64,000 bases of DNA from Octopus sinensis (taxonomy: Eukaryota). A model generated the notes under the pieces. The model was given only the letters and a program-made list of their open reading frames with translations, was not told the origin of the DNA and did no database searches. How positions within the stretch are numbered: position 1 is the first letter of the stretch; every line of letters begins with the position of its first letter. The translations under genes and the position numbers were made by a program. The DNA lies in NCBI RefSeq assembly GCF_006345805.1, contig NC_043002.1, positions 32,860,001 to 32,924,000 on the forward strand, in the 5' to 3' direction. This document shows positions 49,132 through 61,719 of the stretch, piece after piece.

Positions 49132-49345
49132 TATACCAATTAAGGACTGAACACGAAAAGTGGACAGTCAACATGCTAGATATAGACGTCAAATCGCATT
49201 CACCACAAAAGATTATGTTCTCAGATCAAACTCAACACAAGTTGAGTTTGATCTGAGAACATAATCTTTTGTGGTGAATGGCGATTTGACGTCTATATCT
49301 AGCATGTTGACTGTCCACTTTCGTGTTCAGTCCTTATTGGTATAT
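49132..49345. repeat. Near-perfect palindrome, ~105 bp arms, 4 nt loop (ACAA, 49237-49240)
   Basis: Arms differ only by three single-base indels. Confidence 0.92.
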
Positions 49346-49467
49346 ATATATATATATAATATATATATATATAAACCCTTTGTTTCCATAAAAAGAGACA
49401 AATATTTCTTGTCGTATCCACACACACATACACATATACACACATACAGATATGTGTGTGTGTGTGT

Positions 49468-49740
49468 GGAGGCGCAATGGCCCAGTGCTTAGGGCAGCGG
49501 ATCGTGGTTTCGATTGCCAGACCGGGTGTTGTGAGTGTTTATTGAGCGAAAACACCTAAAGCTACACGAGGCTCTGGCAGCGGGTAGTGGCGATCCCTGC
49601 TATACTCTTTCGCCACAACTTTCTCTCACTCTTCTGTTGGCCTGCTCGCTTAGCCAGCGGAGTGGCAGCATTTGAAGGCTAAAACAATGCGAAGCGCATT
49701 GTGACCAGCGATGTGTAGTAACATCTGATAGCCTAGTTGG
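49468..49740 (+). mobile_element. SINE family C (tRNA-like head)
   Basis: GGAGGCGCAATGGCCCAGTG...GGTTTCGATTGCC; homologous to 61291 on minus. Confidence 0.8.
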
Positions 49741-49744
49741 TTAT

Positions 49745-49783
<39 letters not shown>

Positions 49784-49974
49784 TACATATACATATACAT
49801 ATATATATGTATGTGTGTGCGTGTGTGTGTGTGTGTATAAAGTTAATTAGTGAGTTAAAATATATATATTAAGTTGGAAAAAACACAGAAGTATATTTTA
49901 GAGAATGTTTAATAAAATATAACCGTAAAATACTATTTGTAAATCTCACAACGAGAGATATTCAGCAACAGTAC

Positions 49975-50275
49975 TTTGGAAGAAAGATTGTTTGCCAACA
50001 TAACATGGCAGTCCTGGTTTAGGACGAATGTTGCTGTAATTTTAGTCCCAGGAGACATCGTCACCAGCTGACTATACGACACGATCTGTGTCCTTTATAT
50101 TTTCGGACAAGGGAATCTAGCACCTCAACTCAGCTCAAATCAATATCTGTGTATAACAGACACAGATCGTGTCGTATAGCCAGCTGGAGACGATATCCCC
50201 TGGGATTAAATTACAGCAACAATCGTTCTAAACCAGGATTGCTATGTTATGTTGGCAAACAATCTTTACTCCAAA
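49975..50275. mobile_element. MITE-like inverted-repeat element (~118 bp diverged arms)
   Basis: Arms 49975-50092 and 50159-50275; related arm fragments at ~19020-19125 and ~32420-32465. Confidence 0.65.
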
Positions 50276-50789
50276 ATATAACCAGTTTCGATGTATCAAG
50301 CTTATCAAATATTAGATATATTAAAAAGAATCAGAGAGAGAAAAGCATTTTTGGCAGGGTTTAACAGTTTGTACCCATATTAGAGTTCTTACGGAAATTT
50401 TGCTTTAGTCATTCTCTTACAAATGTTGTGTCTATTTCGGTTTGGGATGGAGTTCAAGAGTTCCAGTCTCAGGAAGTTTTTGAATTGAATGAGAAGCTTC
50501 TTATTCATGGCTTAGCCAGCTGTGTATGTATGTGTGTGTGTGTTTGTCCGCTACCACTGTTTGACAACCGGTGTCGGTGTGTTTACGTCTCCGTAAGCTA
50601 GCGGTCCGGCAAAACAAACCCGATGATGTAAGTACGGGAGGCCATTCCTTCGACTAAGATTCTTCAGGTTGATGTCCCAGCATGACCACAGTCTAATGAC
50701 TGAATCGATATATATGTGTGTGGGTGTGTGTGTGTGTATAAAAGTATATGTATTTATATATATATGTATATATTCATATATTCATATAT

Positions 50790-50960
50790 ATAACGGGAAG
50801 CTTTATGAAAATAGACAAAAGAAGAAGGCAGGTGGGAAACAAACAAACAATTGTATTAGTATGGCGCTCAGGAAATATAAATAAAACAAGTCTTTAACGT
50901 TTCGAGCCTACGCTCTTCAACAGAAGATACACAGAGAGAAAAAAAACACAGAAAGAAGGA
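50790..50960 (-). mobile_element. PLE-like terminal repeat ending in (TA)n (homolog at 51890-52050 on plus)
   Basis: The two segments align along their length and both carry a hammerhead-shaped motif. Confidence 0.5.
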
Positions 50961-51505
50961 GAGAAAAAAAAATGCGTGCAGTAACTAACGAATCAAACAT
51001 GGCGATCTGATTTCGGCCAGAGGTCAAAGATCAAACATGAGACGCGAGAGCGAAATAAGGGGAGATAATAGGGTTGATAATAGGGTTGAATGACCAGCTA
51101 TTAGTGCGTAGGAGAGGTCTGGACGTGTGTAGTTTTATTAGTATGTATTAGTATGTATAAGTATGTAAGGTGTGTGTGTGTGTTGTGTGTGTATGAGAGA
51201 GTATTAGTGCGTATGATAGGTCTGGACGTGCGTATGTATGGGGTTGGTGTATGTATTAGTATGTATTAGTATGTATTAGTACATATTAGTATGTATAAGT
51301 GGTGTGTGTGTGTATGAGAGAGTATAAGTGCGTATGAAAGGTCTGGACGTGTGTATGTATAGGGTTGGTGTATGTATTAGTATGTATTAGTATGGCACAT
51401 CATATATGATGTGATGTGTAAAGTCGTGTGGTGTAGTGTGGAGAGTGAGGAGAGGGGGGAGGGGGAGAGGGAGATATAATATATATATATAAAAGTATAT
51501 GTATT

Positions 51506-51538
<33 letters not shown>

Positions 51539-51596
51539 TATATATATTGAAAGTCTATGAGAATTACTTAATACAGTTTTTTTAAATGTGTGAGCG

Positions 51597-51830
51597 CTTT
51601 CGTTTTTTCAAATATATGTGATGATGGGGCGTGAGTGTATGTATGCATCTATACATACATACATACATACATACATACATAAATACATATACATATATAA
51701 ATGCATATATATATATATGTATGTGTGTGTGTGTGTGTTGTGTGTGTGGTGTGTGTGTGTGTGTGTGTGTGGTGTATGCAAACATACACGCACGCCCCAT
51801 CATCACATATATGTGAAAAGACGAAACGAA
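51597..51830. repeat. Imperfect inverted repeat (~50 bp arms) around a microsatellite spacer
   Basis: ATATATGTGATGATGGGGCGTG versus CACGCCCCATCATCACATATAT. Confidence 0.8.
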
Positions 51831-52223
51831 AAAAACATCTTTCCAATAAAAGTTGGTAACGTCTTCATCGCTTCCCCACTGCACATTCTTTATTTTCTCC
51901 CATTGTTTCTTTCTGTGTTCCTTTCTGTGGAAGAACGTAGGTTCGAAACGTTAAAGACATTTTCACTTCCCGCGCGTTATACCAATACATCAGTTTGTTG
52001 TCTAACCACCTGTCTTCGTCTTTTGTATTTTTTGTGAATTCTCCCCCCTTATATATATATATATTATATATATATATGTGTGTGTGTGTGGTGTGTGTGT
52101 GTGTGTGTGGTGTTTGTTGTGTGTGTGGATGTATGATGTATGTATGTATGTATGTATATATATTATATATATATATATTATATATATATATATATATATA
52201 TCTATATATATATATTATACAAA

Positions 52224-52492
52224 TGCAGCGTGGAAGGTGTTTATAAGCCATTTAAGAAACACACAAAAGCCGTTCGATTCACTTCAACATTTAAGTTTAA
52301 TTTGTCAAAAATATTTTCGTCGCTAAATCCGCGACCTGTTCACTGACAAGAGATGCAGCACGGATTTTTGTCAGTGAACAGGTCGCGATTTTAAGCGACG
52401 AAAATATTTTGACAAATTAAACTTAAATGTTGAGTGAATCGAACGGCTTTTGTGTGTTTCTTAAATGGCTTATAAACACCTTCCACGCTGCA
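52224..52492. repeat. Fold-back element, ~125 bp arms, 18 nt spacer
   Basis: Arms 52224-52349 and 52368-52492. Confidence 0.92.
52367..52416 (+). ncRNA. Variant type I hammerhead-like motif with a G3-C8 core (mirror copy ~52300-52349 on minus)
   Basis: Stem I UUUGUCA/UGACAAA; core GUGAACA; G bulge; stem II GUCGC/GCGAC; GAA; palindromic AAUAUU; U17. Confidence 0.5.
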
Positions 52493-52579
52493 ATTGTTTT
52501 CGTTTCAGCACACGATCTCAGATCAAATTACTTGCTATGCGAGTACATCTCCGTAATATATATATATATATCTATATAT

Positions 52580-52613
<34 letters not shown>

Positions 52614-52797
52614 ATATAGTAAAGAAAAATTGTAAAATGCAGAATGCTAACTTGAAAGAAAATTTTAATGCAAATGGGTGTATGGAAAAAGTTTTTGAAA
52701 AATTGATAAAATATATAAATATATATTAATTTTTACAATTTTTCCTTGCTTATCATTTCTCCACGTGCGGTCAACACAACCCTACCATTTATTGATC

Positions 52798-52834
<37 letters not shown>

Positions 52835-52884
52835 ATATGTATGTATGTGTGTCTATGTATACGTACATGTATGTATGTATGTGT

Positions 52885-52925
52885 ACAGATGAAGAAAGAA
52901 AGAGAAAAATAAAGAAAGAAAGAAA

Positions 52926-52985
<60 letters not shown>

Positions 52986-53005
52986 AGAAAGAAAGAAAGA
53001 AGGAA
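52885..53005. repeat. (AAAG)n microsatellite
   Basis: Direct reading. Confidence 0.95.
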
Positions 53006-53904
53006 AGAGAATCAATAGCTTTCTCTCTGAGACAATATTTCCAGATAGGTAGTACCTTACTGCAGACATTTATTACTATACTGTCAAAATAACATTTATT
53101 TTGTTACTATTATCCTTGGTTATGTGTCATATATGTTTCTGTTGACATTGTCCCGCTGCTAAATTTTATTTTAAACCGTATGTCCATTTTCTCAGATTCG
53201 TTTCTCTAATCGATGTTAATTCTCAGTGTGTTTTACTAATTAATCATCTTCGAACACTGTTCATATACTTCATTAAAAACAATAAAATAATTTCTGGCAG
53301 AAGGATATTCTTTTTCTTTCTTTTTTTTCTCTTTTACCTTAAAAAGACACCATGCAAGAATACTAACGCCCGTTCTGATTTAACCAAAACAATGTCCATA
53401 TTGTGTAGAAAGCATATATACTTATATACTTATTCTATAGTCGTACAGGTATTGGCTATTTGTGTGTCGCTCTATTGGACCTGCTATCCTGTTTGTTAGG
53501 CTATCATACTGTTTATCTGATCATCTACGACAGCCATATCACTGACAATACATTCGTATTGAGCAACACGATATAATGCATATAATGGACACCAATATTG
53601 ACTGAATGAAACGGTGAGAATTGTCTGTGAACAACACTCAGCTAAAAGTGTTTTTTTATCACTGCCTAGACTTAGTGGACAATTGACATAAAAGAGCAAT
53701 AGATTTAAACTACCAACAACAGTTCACAAACATCATTCATTCGTTCTTTAATGGCTACCATCAACAGTCAACGCGAGGCCACTCCATCACAATATCTACC
53801 TGTTCTTTGAGACCAATGAGAACCGCACAGCTGATGCAATTTTCATACAATTTTATTTATAAATGTGATTTTTTTTTCTCATTGTTGTTGGTAGTTTTAT
53901 TCAT

Positions 53905-53986
53905 GATCTTTTTTTGTTGCTGCTATTGTTGTTGTTGTTGTTGTTGTTATTGTTGTTGTTGTTATTGTTGTTGTTGTTGTTGTTGC

Positions 53987-54016
<30 letters not shown>
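53905..54016. repeat. (GTT)n microsatellite
   Basis: Direct reading. Confidence 0.95.
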
Positions 54017-54018
<2 letters not shown>

Positions 54019-54126
54019 CGGATTTACGATCACGAAATCTTATCAGAAGGTAAGATCCTATAAAAACGGAGAAGTTAGAGTGTATGTATGTACATATATG
54101 TGTGTGTGCGTGCGTGCGTGTGTATG

Positions 54127-54160
<34 letters not shown>

Positions 54161-54333
54161 TGTATGTATGTATGTATGTATACACACACGCACACACACA
54201 TATGCATGTATGCATGTGTAAGTATGTCTGTATGTATGCAAGAATGTATGTATGTAACGTTGTCTATGTATGTACGCATGTATGTATATATTTAAATATG
54301 TATGAATGAAAGTATATATATATATACATATAT

Positions 54334-54385
<52 letters not shown>

Positions 54386-55533
54386 GTATGTATATACACA
54401 CATTGTATATGTGCATATGTGTACAGAAATATACACGTACATGGATATATATGTGTGTGAGAGAGAGTATTTTCTATGGTATATACCTGTGTGTGTGTGA
54501 GTATTTTGTGTGTATATATATATATATATATGTGTGTGTGTCTATATATGTGTTTTTGTATGTATACATATAGCTGTACGAATAGCACAAATACACAGGG
54601 AGATATAATAACAAACGTATAAAGGGAATGTGAGGAGGGTGAAATATATGAAACAAAAATTAAAGGAAGATAAAGAACGATACAAAAACAATCAGAAATA
54701 AAGAAATAAGTAGTAAATTTTAGAAACAATAACTAATTTTAGGTTTGAAAGGTCTCCAGGTAATGCTGGGAGTTATTAACTCTAGCACAAATACTGTGCT
54801 TGTTGTAAAAATAATACACTAATTGCTTTTTTCATTTCTACCTTGCTTTTCTTTTAAGTATTTGTAAGAAACCTCAAAGAGAATTTTACAGCTTCATCTT
54901 CTCCACTCCCACCACCATCAGCACCATTGCACTATCTCATCTTCGTTTATTCATCATCTCTCTCTCTCTTTCTCTTTCTCTTACTTCTCCTTAATTATCC
55001 CTACCTCTCCCGGACCTACCTTCAATTAACTGTTCAAGGCAATAAGTAGTTGATGTTATAGTTAAGTCTAATGCTTTCATAGAGTCTTGATGGTCGTTCT
55101 TTACGGCTCGTCACTCTTTAAAGACGAGATTTAAGCAAATTGATTACTCTGATTTAATGTACATAACATGCATATATACATATATACACACTCATGAAGC
55201 AGGCGACATATGTATGTATCTTTGTGTTTCCACATCCGTGTGTTTGGTCTGTGTGTCTGTGTGTATGTGTACGCGTCTGTAATTAACTGCTATAAAGATG
55301 TGTTAGTGTATTTTCGTAACAATACCCAACTGTAGAGTGATGGCTAGAGCAAAATTATTAAGAGATAGAGAACAATGAAAGCAAGCTACTGAATGGCGAC
55401 TAATCGTTGCCGTCTGTTTTTTGTTCTTGTTGTCTTGTGTTCACATATAATGATATATATATATATATATATATATATAAGTGCGTGGGTATGAATGTAG
55501 TTAGGTATATATGTATTTATGCATGCACATGTT

Positions 55534-55573
<40 letters not shown>

Positions 55574-55844
55574 GAAGAAGCTTATTCTAAATAGCCAGTC
55601 GAAGGGAAATATAAAACGACACTAAATGCGCAAAAAGTAACAAAAATGAGAAGAAAAGTGAAACAAAAGAGAAGAAATAATAACATTTTGTATTAAAGAA
55701 AAATTAAAGAGATGTAACTAGAGTGTCTAAAATCTTTGAGTAAGCTGAAGAATGTACTGAACTGGGAAAGAGATTTGCTTACAATAGCCGAACGTCAATT
55801 GAACCCCGAAGTACCACGGAGGATCAGAGCTATGGTCGAATTAT

Positions 55845-56005
<161 letters not shown>

Positions 56006-56011
56006 CTACCG

Positions 56012-56215
56012 AAGGCTGCGAACTGACAGAATCGTTGGCACGCCAGGCAAACGCTTAGCGGCATTTTGTCTGTCTTCGTGTTCTGAGCTCAAGTGCCGCC
56101 GGGATCGACTTTGCCCTTCATCCTTCCAGGGATCGATAATATAAGTACTGGGCTCGATGCAATCGACGTAGCCCCTCCTCCGAAATTGCTGACCTTGTAC
56201 CAACATTTGAAACCA
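56012..56215 (+). mobile_element. SINE family B with an alternative 3' tail
   Basis: Same head and core; tail CCCCTCCTCCGAAATTGCTGACCTTGTACC. Confidence 0.75.
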
Positions 56216-59200
56216 ATATAATGTTGCAATTAAGTGAGGGACAAGTACACCCCCATGAAAGTAAAACTGGGGTACAATTATACTAACCCAATATACTCAT
56301 CATGACTACGCGTTTGATAAGGGTATACCAGGTATATGCATCACAAACATATGGAGGCGATATGGTGACCTTATACCAAGATAAACAGTGCATGAAACTG
56401 CAGGTGAAGCTTAGAGTTTTTTCCAGGTAATACGGTTTCTTTAAGGATAATGAACGAAACACTCATGTTTCCAGGTATTAATTGATCAAGCCCCAAAGAA
56501 TTCCTCTCAACACATGGCTATGATGATCCCTCACTACACCCGCTAATGATCAGAGATGCACATATCATCCGCCGCTAAATGACTGCTCAACTGGTTAAGA
56601 TCAAGAAACTGAAAGATAAATCTGTGGTATTGTGCAGAATATATTACACCAAGACAAAACATGTAGATGTTAACACAATTAGTGAAGATCAGAAGGTATG
56701 AGAGCCACTACCTGGTTTTGCATCAGGACAGATTACTATTTTTCGTCACTTGACATTGTCATCCATGTTTTGGGCCAGACCTTGCAGTCAACCAAGCGTG
56801 GCGAACGCCACACCCATTGAGACTTGCAAAAACCTACGAACAATAATACCATCAACAACACCACCAAAAGCCACACCAATAGGCAAAACAAGACGTCAAT
56901 AGGTACAACGTCGACAGCCAAAACAAGACTACTAACACCAGCATGACCCAACAAGAACAACAATAGTGACCAAACCAGGAATAACAACAGCAATAATAGC
57001 ATAATCATCAGCAGTAGTAACGAAATCAACTAGAGCACTGACAGCTACGACAGTGTCACTAAGGAGAACAACAGTAATTCTTTTTACAAAGACAGTAACG
57101 ATAAAACACACTCAGAGGAAAAATCTTTCAGAAATGATACAAATATGTAGATCACCCAATCACTTGAAAGGAAAGCAGAGGCCATTGGTCTAGTATCATG
57201 GCATTCTCAGAAGAGGAAATTTTGCCCCAGAAAAAAAAATCAATAATAAATAAGTGCATTAATTGCACAAAAACAAAAGCCACAATACCCGACCTTAGCC
57301 GAAATGGAAAATGCCTGGAAGAAGTGTAGCCTGCCGAGAAAGGCAATATGGGACTATGGTAACTATCTGCGGCAACGAAGAGGAAGTGTGCAGGTTGGCT
57401 ACAATGACCTCCTCTTTCAACCAGTCCGTGATGTTTCCCTTATACATGGGACGTCGCGTGCCCTAAGTCAGGGCTTCAAAAGTACTTCCTCATAAGGACC
57501 AGACCATAGTAATGGCCCTTCTGGAGCACCACGGGGCGATAATGAGCATGAAAGCAAGCCTAAGCAAAACCGAAGAGGAGTGTCAACGGAGTTCCAGGTT
57601 TTGGCTACTCTGGAAGAAGTTCATAGTATCTAAGATATTTTTTATTTCAGAGTGCGAACAGATGCGGATGGTCGTGGAAGGTAGGAAACTCAGATTTTAT
57701 ATTTTTGGCAAAACTGATCACCACTGTGAAGTCGAGAAAGGTACCTCATTCAGCACCACTATTCCAAACACCAAATCCGTTGAAATGCCGAAGAGGAAAG
57801 CACGACAAGCACAGAAGCAGATAAAAACAAACAAATGGAAATCCTACTGACTCCTCGGATATAGAATGAGTCAAGGACGAGACAAAATTACCGTTCAGTG
57901 GCCCTCCACCACCACCAAAAAAAAACAAAGAGAGAGAGAGAGAGAAAATACAGATGTAACCCCTAAATCTCAAACTTTTTTAGGCATCAAGCTGATTAAC
58001 CTTCAAAACAGCGCGTCCATTCTCAAAAACAAAGTGACAAGCAGCAAAAACAATAAAAAGAAATACACCAACTACAGCAACACAAAGAAACAGAAACAGC
58101 ATTCTCAGCAACAGCGAAAGGCACAATAGGATCAGCAACAGATGAAATCTAAAGAAAAACAACTATATCAGCCACAAGAGTCAGAACAATTAGAGTAACA
58201 TCTCTCGGACGAGCCACTCAATTACTCAGTTTTATGGCAGGAGAACGAAGAATTTGTAGACTCTAATAAAAACAAAACTACAGCTGATGGTCTTGATGAT
58301 TTTACCAATGTCAAAACCCCCAAAAGGGAGGGTTCTGGTAAGAACAACACACACTATGTATCGTATTTTGAGAAACCTTACCCATATTATGTGAGTGTTT
58401 TCAAAGACTTATTAGACAGAAGCGTATTAGAAGGCTCGTTTAAAGGCCCTGAAAAAGAGTCAACTCAAGACTATGGTAAGTGACTGGCTCTTCTGTTTAT
58501 CTCCCTCCTCCTAGAATGGAAATTCTAAGAACAGATTGCGTAAACGCTCATGGCCTAATGGCAACGTGGAAACAGGGTTACTTGCACGATGACCTCAAGT
58601 CATTAAGTCTGGATGAAGTAGCCATTAGTGAATCTAGGATTTCCAGAACGCAATCGCTTGCTCTACTTCTGGACGACTACAAAATGTATGTCACCTCCGG
58701 TCGGTCTGCATCAAACGGAGTCGAGGTTCTGTTTCAGAAAGGCCTTGACGTAAAGGTAAGTACGGTTTTCCTAGACCTTGTCAGTAGGATCGTAATCTTG
58801 GATGTAAGCAGTAAGGAAAGTAACTGTGGAACATTCAGACAAGTTGCAGTCTATGCTCCAAAAGGAGCCGGAGAGCTGGATTTCTTTTAGAGGTCTAGAG
58901 ACTTTCGTCGGAACATATCGCTCATTAGTATTAGTGAGCGACTGGACTGGAATCTTAGACACAAGCAAAGATTATGTGGGTGTAGTTGATAGGAGGGTGG
59001 AGTGCAAAAGCCTCACTAACCTTCTCAGACAATTCCAACTGTATATCAGGGTTAGCCCCGATTTCCCACATAAACCAATATGGACTTAAATAGATTTTAT
59101 TAGGCTAGCAGATAAACATAGGATAAGTTGCCTACATTTTCAGATCGTTGGCTATTCAGATCATCAATTCGGAACCTTTACAGTCAGCTTAGAAAAAACA

Positions 59201-59559
59201 ATGAGACAAAAACCCAGTTTGTGGAAGAGGGATGCGATTTCTCGGCGCGGAAAGATTTCAGGGAAATAGTAAACAAGTTAAACGAGAATTGACGGGAATC
59301 ATCATCAAAAATAGGTGGTGGGTTTCCTTACAACGGAAAATCAGAGAGGCATTAATTAATTTTAGCAAAGAGATTTCCTTAGAAAACTAAAGAATAGAAA
59401 ATAAACTAGTAAGTAGCTTAGAAATAGCATACAGAAGATGGATAGCAAACGACATGTTCGTGGCGAAAATGGCACTTGATCATTTCTTCGACATGAAACA
59501 CGGTTTTCTAGCTAGGGTGCGCGTGCTGAAACATGAAGGTCAAAAGCTGTTAGTCGTAT

Positions 59560-59657
59560 ATCATGTCGCCAGATAGCTGAGAGACTGGGCATCTCAAATG
59601 AAAGAGCAGACAACATTGTGACAAAAGAACTTGGGTTCTCAAAGGTTTCTGCAAGGC
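59560..59657 (+). mobile_element. Mariner transposase HTH fragment inside the Tx1 copy
   Basis: RQIAERLGISNERADNIVTKELGFSKVSAR. Confidence 0.7.
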
Positions 59658-60924
59658 AATTAATCTAGTATGTACAGCATGGCAATTAATCTAGAATTCG
59701 GTCTGTCATGGTCCTATATTTCCACATGTCTGACTTATTTGCAGCCTTCTACTGCATCTGGCAACTGACTGGGTGCAGCCGTTTACCACACCTGGCAATA
59801 GACTGGGTGCACTGCCAATCGTATCAGCCTGGAAGTGGTGACTCTGCTGAGGAAGCACACGAAGAGTGGGACGTGATTGAAAACTTCTGGCCTATAACTT
59901 TACTCAACACTAAATTAAAGATTTTAGCTAAGGCGCTCGCCAAGAGTCTTGTTGACGCACAAGCCTGTGCGATCTTTTGTAGGTCTATCCACGACAACCC
60001 TTATCTCATGCGGTACATCGTGGAACGGGTCGGGAATAGATCTGACTTTCGAGGGCCACAGTACATAGTGGTATTTGCTCGGGCGCCAAATTCAAAGGCC
60101 ACCTCTCGGAACCTTTCAATATTAAACGCTCGACCCGCCAAAGGTGCTCCATTTCTCCACTTTTATTTTTTTGCATTAGAACATTTACTACGATGTTTGA
60201 GGAGTATCCCGCTGGAACTAGGTCCACAGGAGAGCTGTGTCTGCATACTCGGACGACGTCACTGTCATAGTGTCCGACTCTTCGGATATAGAAACGACTG
60301 ACACTATACTGAAAGAATATCAGGTATGAACAGGAACACATAAACCAGGACAAATCATTGGGTTTGTAACTAGGCTCTTGGAGAGGCAAGTCCATATTGA
60401 CGAGTGGTGATTTCTCTCGTTAGACGGGGGGGGGGCAGTAAAAGTACTCGGAGTCTAGTCCGGACCAGATCTCCAGGTTGATAGAAACTAGGAAGAGATC
60501 ATGGTCAGGGTGGCTAGGTTCACCTACAAATAGACAGAATGGAAGCCATCTCTGAAAGGCGGGTGGACGCAGCAGATGCACACATCTCCTCAGTAGTGTA
60601 CTACCACTTAGCCGCCGTACCTTTTTCTAAGAAAGCACTCGCCAGATTGGAGCGCTTGCTTTTTCGATTCTTATAAAAGGGTCAGTTTCCTCTTGTCAGA
60701 AAATCCATCTGCACCGCTCCGTGGCGATCTTGTGATCTTGATGATGTAGTGTCACGCGTTGAGGCTGTCGCATCTGCAGAAATATCTAAATCACTGCGAT
60801 GGTATGAACGACGGCGACGAAAACAAGGGTGAACTAGTATGTACGTCGGTCAACACGTCTTTCCGCAGCTCATTCCATTGATGGAACTGCAATCATGAGT
60901 CTAACATAGACCTGGTCTGGAAGC

Positions 60925-61291
60925 ACTCCGTCGGTTACGACGATGAGGGTTCCGGTTGATCCGAATCAACGGAACAGCCTGCTCGTGAAATTAACGTGTA
61001 AGTGGCTGAGCACTCCACAGACACTTGTACCCTTAACGTAGTTCTCGGGGATATTCAGCGTGACACAGAGAGTGACAAGGCCGGCCCTTTGAAATACAGG
61101 TACAGCAGAAACAGGAAGTAAGAGAAAGTTGTGGTGAAAGAGTACAGCAGGGATCACCACCCCCTGCCGGAGCCTCGTGGAGCTTTAGGTGTTTTCGCTC
61201 AATAAACACTCACAACGCCCGGTTTGGGAATCGAAACCGCGATCCTGTGACCGCGAGTCCGCTGCCCAAACCACTGGGCCATTGCGCCTCC
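60925..61291 (-). mobile_element. SINE family C with a tail different from the 49468 copy
   Basis: Reverse complement GGAGGCGCAATGGCCCAGTGGTT...GGTTTCGATTCCC; the tails diverge after ACAACTTTCTC. Confidence 0.8.
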
Positions 61292-61719
61292 ACTTAACAT
61301 AGACCAAGTTTGGGCGTTTAACATCTAGTATGTTATCAGGCTCTCACTGCATTGTACCAGTTATACAAAACCGTTAGTGTGAAAACAACCCAAGATTTCT
61401 AAAGGGGGTTAATTGATGGCCTAGGATTAATTTTGGGCGTCAATGAGAACAGTCTGAATGGTTACTTCCAGACTACTTTCCGGTCGAAAACATGGACAAT
61501 TTCAAAGCGTCTTTGGTATGACATTGTTACAGGGACACATTATTTGTTCAAGAAAGCTTTTTAGACGTGGAAGTGCCAACAGCTGAACCTGCCTGAGATG
61601 CATGCAGAAGGACGAAAGCGTCCTGCATACAATCATTCAATGTCCATGCATTAGAGACTTGTGGGATTGTGTTGAATAGCGGCTGTCACGTGCAAGACAA
61701 TGCCAGCTCTCTGCAGTAT

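Noticed and set aside
56736-57130. Hydrophobic ORF (minus) or Asn/Thr-rich plus frame as a host gene
   Set aside because: Low-complexity CAA-rich sequence; most simply the 5' part of the decayed Tx1 element
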